From: Candidatus Micrarchaeota archaeon
GTDB lineage: Archaea > Iainarchaeota > Iainarchaeia > Iainarchaeales > 1-14-0-10-31-34
Assembly (NCBI GenBank): GCA_018829335.1
Contig: JAHJUD010000009.1
Span: forward strand, 1-59,972
Direction: 5' to 3'
DNA length: 59,972 nt
Translations under genes and position numbers: made by a program
The notes under the pieces: generated by a model
What the model was told of the DNA's origin: nothing
The model's input: only the letters and a program-made list of their open reading frames with translations
Database searches by the model: none
Shown: piece after piece, positions 18,195 through 28,247 of the stretch
How positions within the stretch are numbered: the first letter of the stretch is position 1
How the letters are laid out: every line of letters starts with the position of its first letter

Positions 18195-20078
18195 TTACTT
18201 AAATTTGGCTAAATCTTCAGCTAAAACCAGATAAACTTTTGAATGGCCGGAATCATAAATTTTTTTGCCTAAAGGCATTCTGGAAAAATCATCGCATCTT
18301 AAATAAATCCCGTTAAGATAAAACTCAAAAGGCTTTTGGTCAACACAAGAAACAACAAAACCTGAATTAGATAAATATTCTTTTGAGCCAAAAGAACCAG
18401 ACATTGTCACAGTAACAAGGTTTTTGCCGATTAATTCTTTTGACGAAAACTCGCTTGCAAAAAGCTCTGCGGATTCTCCATACTGGTTTGAAGCAAAAAG
18501 AACAGGTGCACTAATTGAAGAAATAAACAAAAGAATTAAAGGAATAAAATACAATGGTTTTCTGTAAAAAACAAGGACAATGCAGACTCCCATTACAAGA
18601 GAAGTTAATTCAAGTGTTGCATGCACTCCGTCCTGAAACTGCAAGTGAATCAAAAACAAAACCAAGAAAAATATTGCAATACTAAAAACAAAAATCTGCT
18701 TTTTATCAGGAAAAAGAAAGAAAACAGTCAATACAAGAACTGAAAGCAAAAAATAATTTAAGAGCTTTAAAACCAATTGTTCCAATCCAAACTGCATTAT
18801 ATAATTGTTTATAAAAGGTATAAACCGCCTAAGAAAAGGAATTTCAAGGAATTTTTCTTCTGGAACAAGTTCTTCTGAAGGCGGCAGACCTGATTTTTGT
18901 ATTTCTAAAGGATTAACTTTTGAACTTAAATCTTCTTCTCTTATAATTTCCTGCTGAACATTTCCTCCTACATCAGAAATGCTTCCCTGAACATCAGAAA
19001 AACTTCCAGCCAAGCCAAATAAGTCAATTGAAGTTGAATAAGTGCCTACAAGAACAATAAACAAAAACAAAATAATGATGTCAGTAAAATATGCTTTTCT
19101 TGAAATAGCGTTCTTGAAAAAGAAAAGGAAAACAAAAAAGCCGAAAACTGCAAGAGAAATATACAAAGTCGTTAAATTAATGTAAGTGATTAAAAGCATC
19201 ATTATAACAAGAAGAATCCTTGAATTCAGCTGGTTGAAATATTTTAAGTAAAGGTAAATAAAAACAGGAAAAATAATGAATTTTCCTATCATTTGCGGGG
19301 CCAGATGAAGGTTTTGTATTGGAAAAAAAGCAATTAAAATCGCAAAAATAACAAGTTTTTCTTCAATAAAACGTGTTGCAAGCAGGTAAAAGGAAAGAAA
19401 CATCAATAAAAGAAAGAAAAACTTTAGCAGGAAAAAAATATTTGCAACAGTTGTCCCGAAAATTTTTGCTATAATTACAAGATAATAAAAATAAACAAAG
19501 CTTACATTAACATAATTGTGTTTTCCAAAATCAGCTGGATGCAAAACCCCTGATTCAAGCCTTGAAGTGTTGTCAAGCAAAACCCTTTCGTCTCCAATAA
19601 GGATTTGAGGTGTAATCAAAGGGCTTAAAGTTGAAGCAAAAAGCAAAAACAAGGAAATCCAGAAAAATTTTTTGTTTTGCTGGATCAAAGCATAAATCAT
19701 TGAAGCAGAAATCAATCCAAATCCCAGAAAATAAAAGACATTATATTCTATTATTAACTCAAATTTCTGGGAAAAAAAAGAAAAAAAGACAAGTATTGCC
19801 CCTAAAGAAACTACAGGAAAAAATTTATGGAATCTGAAAAGAAAAAATACTGCAATCAAGGAAACAATAAATGCAAGAAAAGTCAGGTAAAAATCCTGAA
19901 TTAACTCATGTGACCTGAAAGAATTAAAGATGAAATAAAAGAAAAGAAACAAAAAAAGCAATGCAGTAAAATACTTGTTTGAAGCAAAAGCTAAAGCCTT
20001 TGAGTTAATTTTCTCTATCAGCCAGTTATCTTTAATTTTTTCCAATAACATTTCTTTCCACCAAAAAAACCAATCCAA
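18195..20078 (-). CDS. Large polytopic membrane protein (possible glycan polymerase/GT-C-like; function unknown)
   Basis: About 15 hydrophobic helices, an acidic loop (QQEIIREEDLSSKVNP..), and a C-terminal soluble domain. The track start at 20078 is TTG; an ATG alternative lies at 20051. Confidence 0.6.
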   Translation of the reverse strand: MDWFFWWKEMLLEKIKDNWLIEKINSKALAFASNKYFTALLFLFLFFYFIFNSFRSHELIQDFYLTFLAFIVSLIAVFFLFRFHKFFPVVSLGAILVFFSFFSQKFELIIEYNVFYFLGFGLISASMIYALIQQNKKFFWISLFLLFASTLSPLITPQILIGDERVLLDNTSRLESGVLHPADFGKHNYVNVSFVYFYYLVIIAKIFGTTVANIFFLLKFFFLLLMFLSFYLLATRFIEEKLVIFAILIAFFPIQNLHLAPQMIGKFIIFPVFIYLYLKYFNQLNSRILLVIMMLLITYINLTTLYISLAVFGFFVFLFFFKNAISRKAYFTDIIILFLFIVLVGTYSTSIDLFGLAGSFSDVQGSISDVGGNVQQEIIREEDLSSKVNPLEIQKSGLPPSEELVPEEKFLEIPFLRRFIPFINNYIMQFGLEQLVLKLLNYFLLSVLVLTVFFLFPDKKQIFVFSIAIFFLVLFLIHLQFQDGVHATLELTSLVMGVCIVLVFYRKPLYFIPLILLFISSISAPVLFASNQYGESAELFASEFSSKELIGKNLVTVTMSGSFGSKEYLSNSGFVVSCVDQKPFEFYLNGIYLRCDDFSRMPLGKKIYDSGHSKVYLVLAEDLAKFK

Positions 20079-20442
20079 TAAGAATGATTAAAGCCAAGGC
20101 AATAAACAGCCTGTAGTCTGGCCTGACAACAACAGAAGAAAAATATTTTTCTTCGTTTTCTGTTACCTCAAAAGCATAAAATCCAGGTTTCAAGTTTTCT
20201 GTGCTTAAAACAAATTTTTTTTTCCCTGAATCCTTTAAAGAATTGTTTTCAAATAAAGGGCAGTTTTTTTGGGTGCATTCTTCAAGCAGATTAAGATTAT
20301 AATAATATTTCATTTCAACTGAAGCCTTTGAATCAAATTCTAATACAACTTTTTCTCCTGGAAAAGAAACAAAAGGCTCTGCATTAATTGCATAACTAAA
20401 TGGAATCAGCAAAATGCAAAACAATAACACAAGTTTATTCAC
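20032..20442 (-). CDS. Small secreted, C-terminally anchored protein
   Basis: GTG start. Signal peptide MNKLVLLFCILLIPFSYAINA, about 90 aa of beta-rich domain, and a C-terminal TM (LFIALALIILIGLVFLV). Confidence 0.55.
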   Translation of the reverse strand: MNKLVLLFCILLIPFSYAINAEPFVSFPGEKVVLEFDSKASVEMKYYYNLNLLEECTQKNCPLFENNSLKDSGKKKFVLSTENLKPGFYAFEVTENEEKYFSSVVVRPDYRLFIALALIILIGLVFLVERNVIGKN

Positions 20443-20824
20443 TTAAAACACCCTTCAAAAAGTGTATTCCCAGAAAAACTACATCAGAAAAAACTGCTGC
20501 AGAAGTTATTGTTATTTTATCTAAAGGAAAAGAAAAGACAACTGTAAGGATAAAAGTTGAAAAAACGATTATTCCCATGCTTAAAACAATTGAAACAACA
20601 AATGTTTCCACTGCAGAAGAAGACTTTATTATCAGCCTGAAAAAAAGATAGCCTGGAAAAAACAATGCAGCAAAAGCAACAACTAATTCATGCAGAGGAA
20701 AAGCAAAGTAAACGCTGAATCCTGAAAGCGCAATAATAAACAAGCCGAAATTAAGCAAATTGATTCTTGAACGAAAATAACCCAAAGCAGTAATTATTTC
20801 AGCTGTTCTTTCATTAAAATTCAT
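20435..20824 (-). CDS. Small 4-TM membrane protein
   Basis: I prefer the ATG at 20824 (MNFNERTAEII). The track start at 20944 is TTG, and a TATA-like tttatttatataac lies 25-39 nt upstream of 20824 (20849-20863). 129 aa, hydrophobic. Confidence 0.5.
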   Translation of the reverse strand: MNFNERTAEIITALGYFRSRINLLNFGLFIIALSGFSVYFAFPLHELVVAFAALFFPGYLFFRLIIKSSSAVETFVVSIVLSMGIIVFSTFILTVVFSFPLDKITITSAAVFSDVVFLGIHFLKGVLSE

Positions 20825-20970
20825 CTGACCAGAACTAATAGCATTAAAGTTATATAAATAAATTCTTGATAACCTTATAAAACAGCATTTTTTCCTACAC
20901 TGATTTTGTGTATTTTCGTGCATGCAATTATTTTTTTCTTGCAATTAAAATATACGAATCGCCATTCAAA

Positions 20971-21303
20971 TCAGCGCACGATAACTTTTATTTTTTCTTT
21001 TTGTTTTTCTTCAATACTTTCAAGCCGGCTTTTAAGGATTGCATCATACAATAAGACAAGCTTTTTTACTCCGATGTTGTTCTGGTTAAGCTTAAACAAT
21101 TTAGCCCTTCCGACTTCCCTTGTTTTAATTACAATTTCTCTTTTTTCAAAAACCGGAAAAATCCTGTGCAAAGTGCTCCAGCTGATTCCTGAATTTTCAG
21201 CAAGGTCAGTTAAAGTGTAATCAAATTCCCTTCCAGAAATCAGGAACTCCAAAAGCCTTGTGTGTGGATTATCGCCTAAAAACTCCAAAAACACATTAAC
21301 CAT
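20971..21303 (-). CDS. Winged-helix transcriptional regulator
   Basis: 110 aa. The pattern HTRLLEFLISG..YTLTDLAENSGISWSTLHRIFPVFEKREIV..REVGRAKLFKLN is typical of archaeal wHTH proteins. Confidence 0.7.
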   Translation of the reverse strand: MVNVFLEFLGDNPHTRLLEFLISGREFDYTLTDLAENSGISWSTLHRIFPVFEKREIVIKTREVGRAKLFKLNQNNIGVKKLVLLYDAILKSRLESIEEKQKEKIKVIVR

Positions 21304-21414
21304 AATTTCACTCCAAAAACATAATTAATGCAACAAATATTTAAATCTTCTGCTTTGGGATATTAATATTCCATAATAGCAATAAAACTGCTTTTAACTG
21401 TTTTTAAAGATTAT

Positions 21415-21693
21415 TTGAGTGTGCCAAACAATGTTGAATTTATCAAGAACTTCATTTTGAGGAAATTAATTAACCTTGGAAAAATTGGCGGGGCGCACAT
21501 TTCTGTTTTTAATTTAAATAAAGGCCTGCCTAATCACATAAGAGGCAACAAGAAAGGGCAAAAAGAAATAAAAGAAGCAATCAAAGAATTAATTAACGAA
21601 AACCTGTTATTGTCAAAACCTTCAACAGGAGAACAGCATATTTCAATTAACCCAAGAAAAATCAGGGAAATAAAAGAATTCCTGAAGCTATGA
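21415..21693 (+). CDS. Hypothetical small protein
   Basis: 92-aa ORF with a TTG (21415) or GTG (21421) start and no in-frame ATG. No family recognised. Confidence 0.35.
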   Translation: MSVPNNVEFIKNFILRKLINLGKIGGAHISVFNLNKGLPNHIRGNKKGQKEIKEAIKELINENLLLSKPSTGEQHISINPRKIREIKEFLKL

Positions 21694-21736
21694 CGCCCAA
21701 AAAGGATTTAAAGAAGTAAAACATTCATTTAATGAA

Positions 21737-23239
21737 ATGAATCAGAACTCCTTGATTATATTGGCAATCTTCATTGCATGCGTGTTTTCTGTTTACTCAC
21801 TGCATATAAATTACCCTTTGCCTTATCATTCAGAAGAATTTGACCATGAAATCATGGCAAAAGAAACAGCAAAAACAGGGAAAATTACTGCAGGAACAAA
21901 CTGGGAAATAGGCTTTTCAGTATTTTTTGGGATAATAAACTCGCTTTTATTCAATAATTTAATTGATTTTCTGGTTTTTATTCCAATTTTGTTTGCTTTA
22001 ATGATTTCGTTTTCTTCTTTTCTTTTAGGAAGGCATTTATTCAAAAACAATCTGGCAGGAATGCTTTTTGCGCTTTTTGCTTTAATGATTCCAAGCAATC
22101 CAGGCATAATGGGCTTAATGTTTGCTGTACCAAACTCAATGGCTTTAGCATTAACTCCGATGCTTTTATTCTTGTTTTTGAAAGGCACAACACACAAAAA
22201 AAGCGCATTATTGTTCATAATTTTGTTTGCTTTTACTACAATAGTTCATCCTGCGTTTACATTAATACTTATTCCAATTATTGGATTTTACCTGTTAATC
22301 AACCCAAAACTTTTTGAAAGAAACCAGTTCAAAATAGCAGTGGGAATAATTGCATTAATTTTGCTGCTGCCGTTTTTTGCTTCAAGAATTGGATTAGAAC
22401 AAGTGAATTTAACTCATAACACTTTAACTTCAATTTCAAAAAACCTAAGTAAAGTTCTGGTATGGGAATCAATAACACAATCCAATCCAAAATTTTATTT
22501 AACAGACTTTTTAGGCCACTATATTCTGTTTCTTGCAGGAATAGGCTTTGGCTTAATGCTAATGCTAAGGCTTTTAATTGAAGTAAAACGAAGAAAAGGA
22601 AAAACCTCTGAAATGGAAAAAGATTTCATTGTATCAAAACACCAGATAATTCTTCCAATTGCATTAATTATTTTAGGCTTTCTTTACATGCATTTTAACC
22701 TGAAAAATTATACTTTTATTGTACCATATGAAAGAATGTACCTTGAATTAATGCTTTTCTTTTTATTAAATGCTGCTTCAGGAGTGTTTCTTTTATGGAA
22801 AATTCTCTCCAAGAAAACCAGCCAGGAAATGCTTAAGCCTTTATCAATAGGATTTATTGTATTAATTCTTTTCCTGCTTTTAACTGTGCCTTTTTCACAG
22901 CAAAAAGAATTATACAAAAACATTGAAGTAACAGGAATTCCGGCGGTTTCATGGATTCAAGAAAACACAAAAAAAGATTCTTCTTTTATTGCATTGCCAA
23001 AGCATTCTCTTGCAATAAAGGCTTTCACTGAAAGAAAAATTTTTGCTTCACCTTCAACCAGGGCAGGAATTCCAGACGACTATGGAATGGAAAGCTTTTT
23101 TATGAAAAACTGCCCTGAAAAAAAAGAAACAATAGAAAAAACAAAAGCAGAATATATTTTCAGCGAAAAAGAAATTTCCTGTGATTCATTTGAAAAAATA
23201 TATGACAAAAAAGAATACAAAATTTACCTTGTTTCATAA
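21737..23239 (+). CDS. Polytopic membrane protein, GT-C-like glycosyltransferase candidate
   Basis: 500 aa. About 11 helices, an acidic first loop (HSEEFDHE), and a C-terminal soluble domain of about 110 aa. Sits at the end of the glycan cluster. No WWDYG motif was seen, so it is not called AglB. Confidence 0.5.
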   Translation: MNQNSLIILAIFIACVFSVYSLHINYPLPYHSEEFDHEIMAKETAKTGKITAGTNWEIGFSVFFGIINSLLFNNLIDFLVFIPILFALMISFSSFLLGRHLFKNNLAGMLFALFALMIPSNPGIMGLMFAVPNSMALALTPMLLFLFLKGTTHKKSALLFIILFAFTTIVHPAFTLILIPIIGFYLLINPKLFERNQFKIAVGIIALILLLPFFASRIGLEQVNLTHNTLTSISKNLSKVLVWESITQSNPKFYLTDFLGHYILFLAGIGFGLMLMLRLLIEVKRRKGKTSEMEKDFIVSKHQIILPIALIILGFLYMHFNLKNYTFIVPYERMYLELMLFFLLNAASGVFLLWKILSKKTSQEMLKPLSIGFIVLILFLLLTVPFSQQKELYKNIEVTGIPAVSWIQENTKKDSSFIALPKHSLAIKAFTERKIFASPSTRAGIPDDYGMESFFMKNCPEKKETIEKTKAEYIFSEKEISCDSFEKIYDKKEYKIYLVS

Positions 23240-26200
23240 TTTTAAAACAAATTTTTTTTTGCTGCCTTTTTTATTCTTTGTGCTTTTTTCTTTTTCTTCT
23301 TTTTCAAGATTCTCTTTTTTGTTGTTTTCAAATTCATCTCTTTCATTATCCAGCCTGGCTGACTTTTTTTTCTGGATTTTTGACTCAAAGTATTTCTGGA
23401 AAGAATAAACAAAAAACAATTCAAGCGCAATCAAAACAATAAAACCTAAAATTCCAAAAAACTTGTTTGAAAACAATGCCAGGAAAAAGAAAATCACTGC
23501 AATAATAATGCTTAACCCTGTTCCATAATTAGGTTTTACAACAAAAAAGTCAGATAAGTCAAAGCAATGCCTTTTGCATTTAGAGAAAGCATAAGATGAA
23601 GCAATAAAAGCCAAAAGCAGTAAAACAGGAATAAGAAAAGGGTTTGTCTGTTCAGGAGAGCCAAAAAAGAATTCAGCTGCAAGGAAAACAAAAGAATAAG
23701 CTTCTTCTTCCTCTGAAATAACCTTAAAAGAAGTCTTAAATTCAGCTGACTTAACTAAAGCCAGAACCTGATAGGTTCCTAATTCATCTGTAATAAAGCT
23801 TACACTTCCTTCAGGCCCTGTAAAAAAATCAAATGATTTTCCGCTGGGAGAAACAACAGTTATTTTTTCTTCTGTTATTGGCCCAAAAACAGAATGATAA
23901 AGAACAATTTTCTGCAGCTGGCCTAAAACAAGCTTTTCCCGCATTACATCTAAAACAAAATCTTCTTTTACTGTATCCCCTGAAACCAAAACAAAGTTTC
24001 TTGCAGGGCATCCTTCATCTATTGTTCCATCCAAATCATCATCAACTGCATTATAACATTTTTCAACCAAATAAGAATAAAGATTAACTGAAACAATATT
24101 GTTTGATTCATCATCTTCAAAAACTTTTTTTGTTGAATCAAGTTCAGCAAAAACACTGCCGTTAATTTCTTCAGAGAAATCAACTGAAAGCAAAACTTTT
24201 TCTTTTTTTCCGCTTGCAAGAGAAAAACCTGAAACTGAATTAATAACCATTTTCTTGTTTTCTTTGGTGTAATAATACAACTCAAGAGAAAAATCCTCTG
24301 CTTCAAGCAGGCCCTGGTTTTCCATTTCCAGTTCCAAAAGAACCAAATTGCCTAACCTCACTGAAAGGTCATTGACCGGCTTAAAATAATTGACTCTTAA
24401 GTCTGCCTGACTTGAAACAACAAAAAATATTTTCCTGCAGTTTTCAGAGTCAATTTCAGAAGAATTCTCTGAAAAAGAAATGCAGACATCATAACCTTTA
24501 TTGCCTGTCAAGCCTGCAGGAAGAACATAATCATATTCAACTGTAACAGAAGAAAGATCATCAAAATTAAGCTTTGAGTCAGCAAAAAAAACCTGTTTAA
24601 TTCCGGCAAATTCTTTAAGGTTCTGCAATTCTATTCCTGCTTTAAGATTTGAAACCTTAACTGAATCAACTATCTGGTTTGAAAGTGAATCCCTTAAAAC
24701 AACAAAAAAGTCAGATGAATCCACAAAACCATTGTTTTTTATTTTTGCGGTCAGCTTTACTTTAGCTCCAGGGGAAACAATTTCCCTGTCAGCATCAAGC
24801 TCGCTTATTTTCAGGTTAACAGAATCACTGTATTTTAGCAGAATTGATTCTTTTTGGTTGTTTGATTCATCTGATTCAGCAAAAGAATTCTGAAAATCAA
24901 TTAAAGCAATTACTTTGTTTTCAGTCCCAGAAAAAACAGCTGAAGGAATACTAAAAGAAAAAGTTTTTGTTTCTCCTGGTTCAATTGAAGTTATCTTATC
25001 AGAAAAAATAATGTTTTTTTCTTTTGCTTCATTCAAAAAGAAATCAATTCCAACCTGAGGCGAAACAAATTTTCCGTTATTTTTTATTTTAACAACAGCA
25101 TTTGATTCTGTTTCCCCTGCAAGCAGGTTTTCTTCAAAATAAAAATCTTCTAAAACCAAATCAAATCCTTCATCAATTATTCCGTTGTCATTGTCGTCAA
25201 TTCCATTGTCTTCTTCTTTTGAGGCAATCTTTACTGCAAAAGAACTAAAATCATTTGATACATCTGCGTCATTGTCTTTGCCATAACAGTCTGAAGTAAA
25301 AGTCAACTCAAATTCTCCTGAATCAAAACCCAAAAGCTTTGGATTAAAATAAAATCCTGAATCATCTTTTCCTGAAAGCTTTCTTGAATAAAGAGATGAA
25401 AGGTAATTTTCAGGAAGCTTTTTTGCTTTTCCTTCAACAACCCAAAAATAAGAAAAAGAGCTTCCAAAAGAGTCAACGAACTCCAAAAAAGAAAGCTGTT
25501 TTTTTTCAGCTGAATTTCCTGCTTTAGCTGAAAACACCAAAAACAATTCATTGTTTTTCTTTTTGTCTGAAACATACACGCAAAATTCCTTGTCGTTAAA
25601 TTCCTTAAAATAGTCTTTTTCTTCTCCAAAAAGTACCTTAACATCAAAAGGCACAACAAAAAAATCCGGAACCTGGGATAAATCAAACCTGAATTTTTTT
25701 ATTCCTGAAACAGGGTCAGCCAAAGGAAACATTTTTTCCCCTGAAGAAAGAACAATAAAATCCCCTAATTCAACTGAATAATCTGCCTTGCATTCTTCAT
25801 CTATTATTCCATCCAAATCATCATCAATGTTGTTAAAGCATTTTTCAGCCAAAACAGTATTCCCTGAAACCACATTAAAAGAAAAAGTACTTGAATTATT
25901 GCTTTTAGAGGCTTCACCCAAAGAATTAACTTTGTCAATTGACACAGAAAGTTCTGTTTTTCCGCTAAAATCAGAAGAAGAAACAAAAAAAGAAATGGTT
26001 TTTTCTTTTCCTGCATTCAAGCCATAGACAATCCTTGACTCAATTGAATTTCCTTTTCCATCAAGAACTGAAACCAGAAAAGAATCTAAAACATCAGTTA
26101 ATCCGTTGTTTTTTATTTTTACAACCAAAGGAAGCAAATCTCCTTGATTAACTGAATTCAAATGATCAACTGAAACAACAAACAAGTCAGGAAATTCTGA

Positions 26201-26989
26201 AGAAGCATTTAAAACAATTTTTTTCTGGAAACTGTTATTGTTTTCATTTTGTTCTATAACATCAAAACCTGAATCAACGACTGCTTCAAGAATATATTCT
26301 CCTGGAGCAAGAAAAGAAGAGTCAAAAACAAATTCAACTTTATCAGAGGCACCTTCTTTTAATTGCTGCAGTTGTTTTTCGCCAATAAAGGTTTTGCCTG
26401 AAGCAGAATTAAAATACAATGAAACATTAAAAAAAGAAGAATCCTTTAATCCGGAATTTGAAACAAAAACTTTTACGGGAATTTTCTGGCCTACAGAGCT
26501 TTCAGGAAAATCAACTGAAGAAACAGAAAGCTCTGGATTATTTGAATTAATTTTTATTGCGCCGACTTTTGTCTGAAAAACAGCAGACTTTCCTAAAGAA
26601 TCAAACAAAATTACATGCAAAGTATAAGAGCCGTCTTTTGCATCAGAAGAAATCCCGCAGACATCCTCAATTAAATCAGAACCTGAAGTTCTTTTGCAGG
26701 AATTGCCTGAATAAGTGTTTGTTACAGTCCAGCCCATTCCCTTGACTATTCTTGAACAGACATAATCAGACAAGTCATTGTCTTTGTATATATGGATTGC
26801 ATAAGCTGAAGGGCAAGAATATTTGTAATTGAATTCCACTGGAATTTTTTCTCCAGGAGAAAAAACATTATCATAAACAGAAAGAATTCTTAAAGGCGCA
26901 TTAGGGTTTGATTCAGGAACAGAAACTAACGCAAAAGCTGAATTAAATAAAAGCAGAAAACACAAAACCAACAAACCATAAAATTTCAT
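23234..26989 (-). CDS. Giant surface protein with CARDB-like beta-sandwich repeats and Ca-binding-like DDDLDG motifs
   Basis: 1251 aa. Signal peptide MKFYGLLVLCFLLLFNSAFA. At least 5 repeats carry the N(N/S/Q)G...(F)xVxLY signature and end in E(S/Q)(D/N)E(S/N)NN. Also CFNNIDDDLDGIIDEEC, DDNDNGIIDEG and CYNAVDDDLDGTIDEGC. C-terminal TM helices plus a K/E tail. Confidence 0.8.
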   Translation of the reverse strand: MKFYGLLVLCFLLLFNSAFALVSVPESNPNAPLRILSVYDNVFSPGEKIPVEFNYKYSCPSAYAIHIYKDNDLSDYVCSRIVKGMGWTVTNTYSGNSCKRTSGSDLIEDVCGISSDAKDGSYTLHVILFDSLGKSAVFQTKVGAIKINSNNPELSVSSVDFPESSVGQKIPVKVFVSNSGLKDSSFFNVSLYFNSASGKTFIGEKQLQQLKEGASDKVEFVFDSSFLAPGEYILEAVVDSGFDVIEQNENNNSFQKKIVLNASSEFPDLFVVSVDHLNSVNQGDLLPLVVKIKNNGLTDVLDSFLVSVLDGKGNSIESRIVYGLNAGKEKTISFFVSSSDFSGKTELSVSIDKVNSLGEASKSNNSSTFSFNVVSGNTVLAEKCFNNIDDDLDGIIDEECKADYSVELGDFIVLSSGEKMFPLADPVSGIKKFRFDLSQVPDFFVVPFDVKVLFGEEKDYFKEFNDKEFCVYVSDKKKNNELFLVFSAKAGNSAEKKQLSFLEFVDSFGSSFSYFWVVEGKAKKLPENYLSSLYSRKLSGKDDSGFYFNPKLLGFDSGEFELTFTSDCYGKDNDADVSNDFSSFAVKIASKEEDNGIDDNDNGIIDEGFDLVLEDFYFEENLLAGETESNAVVKIKNNGKFVSPQVGIDFFLNEAKEKNIIFSDKITSIEPGETKTFSFSIPSAVFSGTENKVIALIDFQNSFAESDESNNQKESILLKYSDSVNLKISELDADREIVSPGAKVKLTAKIKNNGFVDSSDFFVVLRDSLSNQIVDSVKVSNLKAGIELQNLKEFAGIKQVFFADSKLNFDDLSSVTVEYDYVLPAGLTGNKGYDVCISFSENSSEIDSENCRKIFFVVSSQADLRVNYFKPVNDLSVRLGNLVLLELEMENQGLLEAEDFSLELYYYTKENKKMVINSVSGFSLASGKKEKVLLSVDFSEEINGSVFAELDSTKKVFEDDESNNIVSVNLYSYLVEKCYNAVDDDLDGTIDEGCPARNFVLVSGDTVKEDFVLDVMREKLVLGQLQKIVLYHSVFGPITEEKITVVSPSGKSFDFFTGPEGSVSFITDELGTYQVLALVKSAEFKTSFKVISEEEEAYSFVFLAAEFFFGSPEQTNPFLIPVLLLLAFIASSYAFSKCKRHCFDLSDFFVVKPNYGTGLSIIIAVIFFFLALFSNKFFGILGFIVLIALELFFVYSFQKYFESKIQKKKSARLDNERDEFENNKKENLEKEEKEKSTKNKKGSKKKFVLKL

Positions 26990-27028
26990 TTAATCACTTA
27001 ATATTTGTTTTATCCTTTAATAAACTTT

Positions 27029-28243
27029 TCATTTAATCTCCTGTTTTTGCCTTAATTCAAAGATATTTTGTTCAATCTGGTCAAGCTGTCTTTTATAGTC
27101 ATCAAACTGTTCATTGTAAACTTCCCTTGAAATCAACTGCTGATTAAAATAATCTTCTTGAAGCTTTTTCATTAAAATCAAAAGCTTTTTCCTTTTTCTT
27201 GTAAGCAAAGTTCTTTTAACAAAAATTCTTCCTTCCTTGAATGAAACAAAAAAAACATAAACAATAAATAAAACAGGAAAAACATAAACTATTGCATTTT
27301 GCGCAATATAAAAATATAAGTAACCTTTTGGCTCAAAATCAAAGGAACTGCTTCCTGTGTTGCCATAATTGTCTTCTGCAAAAACATTCACATAAAATAT
27401 TTCTGCATTAAGGTCTGTTGTATTGATTACAACAGAATAAAGCCCTGAAGAAATTTCCTCTAATTCAGTTCTCTGGTTATTGAATTCAGCCCAGACTTTA
27501 ATGCCTGAAGCAGAAAAATCATCACTATAAACAGGCCTGATTTTTAAATCCAAAGGCTTGCCGAAATTAAATTCTTTTATTGCAGGCGAAACAAGCTGTA
27601 ACTGCAATGGAACTTTTCTTATTTCAAAAGAAACAATATTGCTTCCGCCGTCTTTTTCTTCTCCAGGAGAAAAAGCAGTAACCATCAAAGCCCATTGTTT
27701 TACTTCAGCATCAATAGGGATTTCAACTTCCTCAAAAAAATAAACTCCGTTTGCTTCAAAATAAAGCCTTTTCTTATTTCCCTGAAAATCCCAAAAATAC
27801 ACTTCAGCGTTATCAACATCTTTTCCTGCATCAGTTATTTTTATTCTTACATCAAATTTTTGCGTCCTAAAATAAGAAGAACTTGAAGGATTAATGAAAT
27901 CAACCCTTAAGTATTCGCATTCAACAGAAGAATTCACATAAAACTCAAGCTCTTTTTCTGATTCATCATCTGAAACAAAAACTTTCCATTGGCCTGCAGG
28001 GTCAATGCAAGGAATAAAATAATTAAAAGAAAAAAAACCGTTTACATCAGGCTGAACAATTGAATTCAAAACTTTTTTTTCTCCGGGGGCTGCAATAAAA
28101 GCCAAATTGACTTTTCCTGAAGAAAAACCATTAAAGTCAATGAACTCTCCTTTAGAATAAGTTCCTTTAACTGAACCCACTTCCAGAGAAAAAGCAAAAG
28201 AAAGCAGTAAAACAAAGAAAACCAAAAACAATAATTTTTTCAT
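27029..28243 (-). CDS. Secreted single-pass membrane protein with Ig-like domains and a conserved cytoplasmic tail
   Basis: I prefer the ATG at 28243 (MKKLLFLVFFVLLLSFAFS signal peptide), 4 nt after the upstream stop. TM helix near aa 325-342, then a RKRKK..LQEDYFN..S.E.Y tail. Confidence 0.7.
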   Translation of the reverse strand: MKKLLFLVFFVLLLSFAFSLEVGSVKGTYSKGEFIDFNGFSSGKVNLAFIAAPGEKKVLNSIVQPDVNGFFSFNYFIPCIDPAGQWKVFVSDDESEKELEFYVNSSVECEYLRVDFINPSSSSYFRTQKFDVRIKITDAGKDVDNAEVYFWDFQGNKKRLYFEANGVYFFEEVEIPIDAEVKQWALMVTAFSPGEEKDGGSNIVSFEIRKVPLQLQLVSPAIKEFNFGKPLDLKIRPVYSDDFSASGIKVWAEFNNQRTELEEISSGLYSVVINTTDLNAEIFYVNVFAEDNYGNTGSSSFDFEPKGYLYFYIAQNAIVYVFPVLFIVYVFFVSFKEGRIFVKRTLLTRKRKKLLILMKKLQEDYFNQQLISREVYNEQFDDYKRQLDQIEQNIFELRQKQEIK

Positions 28244-28247
28244 TTCA

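Noticed and set aside
23829-26745. Multiple 60-127-aa ORFs on both strands inside the 1251-aa surface-protein gene
   Set aside because: They are fully nested in a long, motif-rich ORF with signal peptide and repeats. Their compositions (K/F/L-rich) are those expected of off-frame translation of AT-rich DNA.
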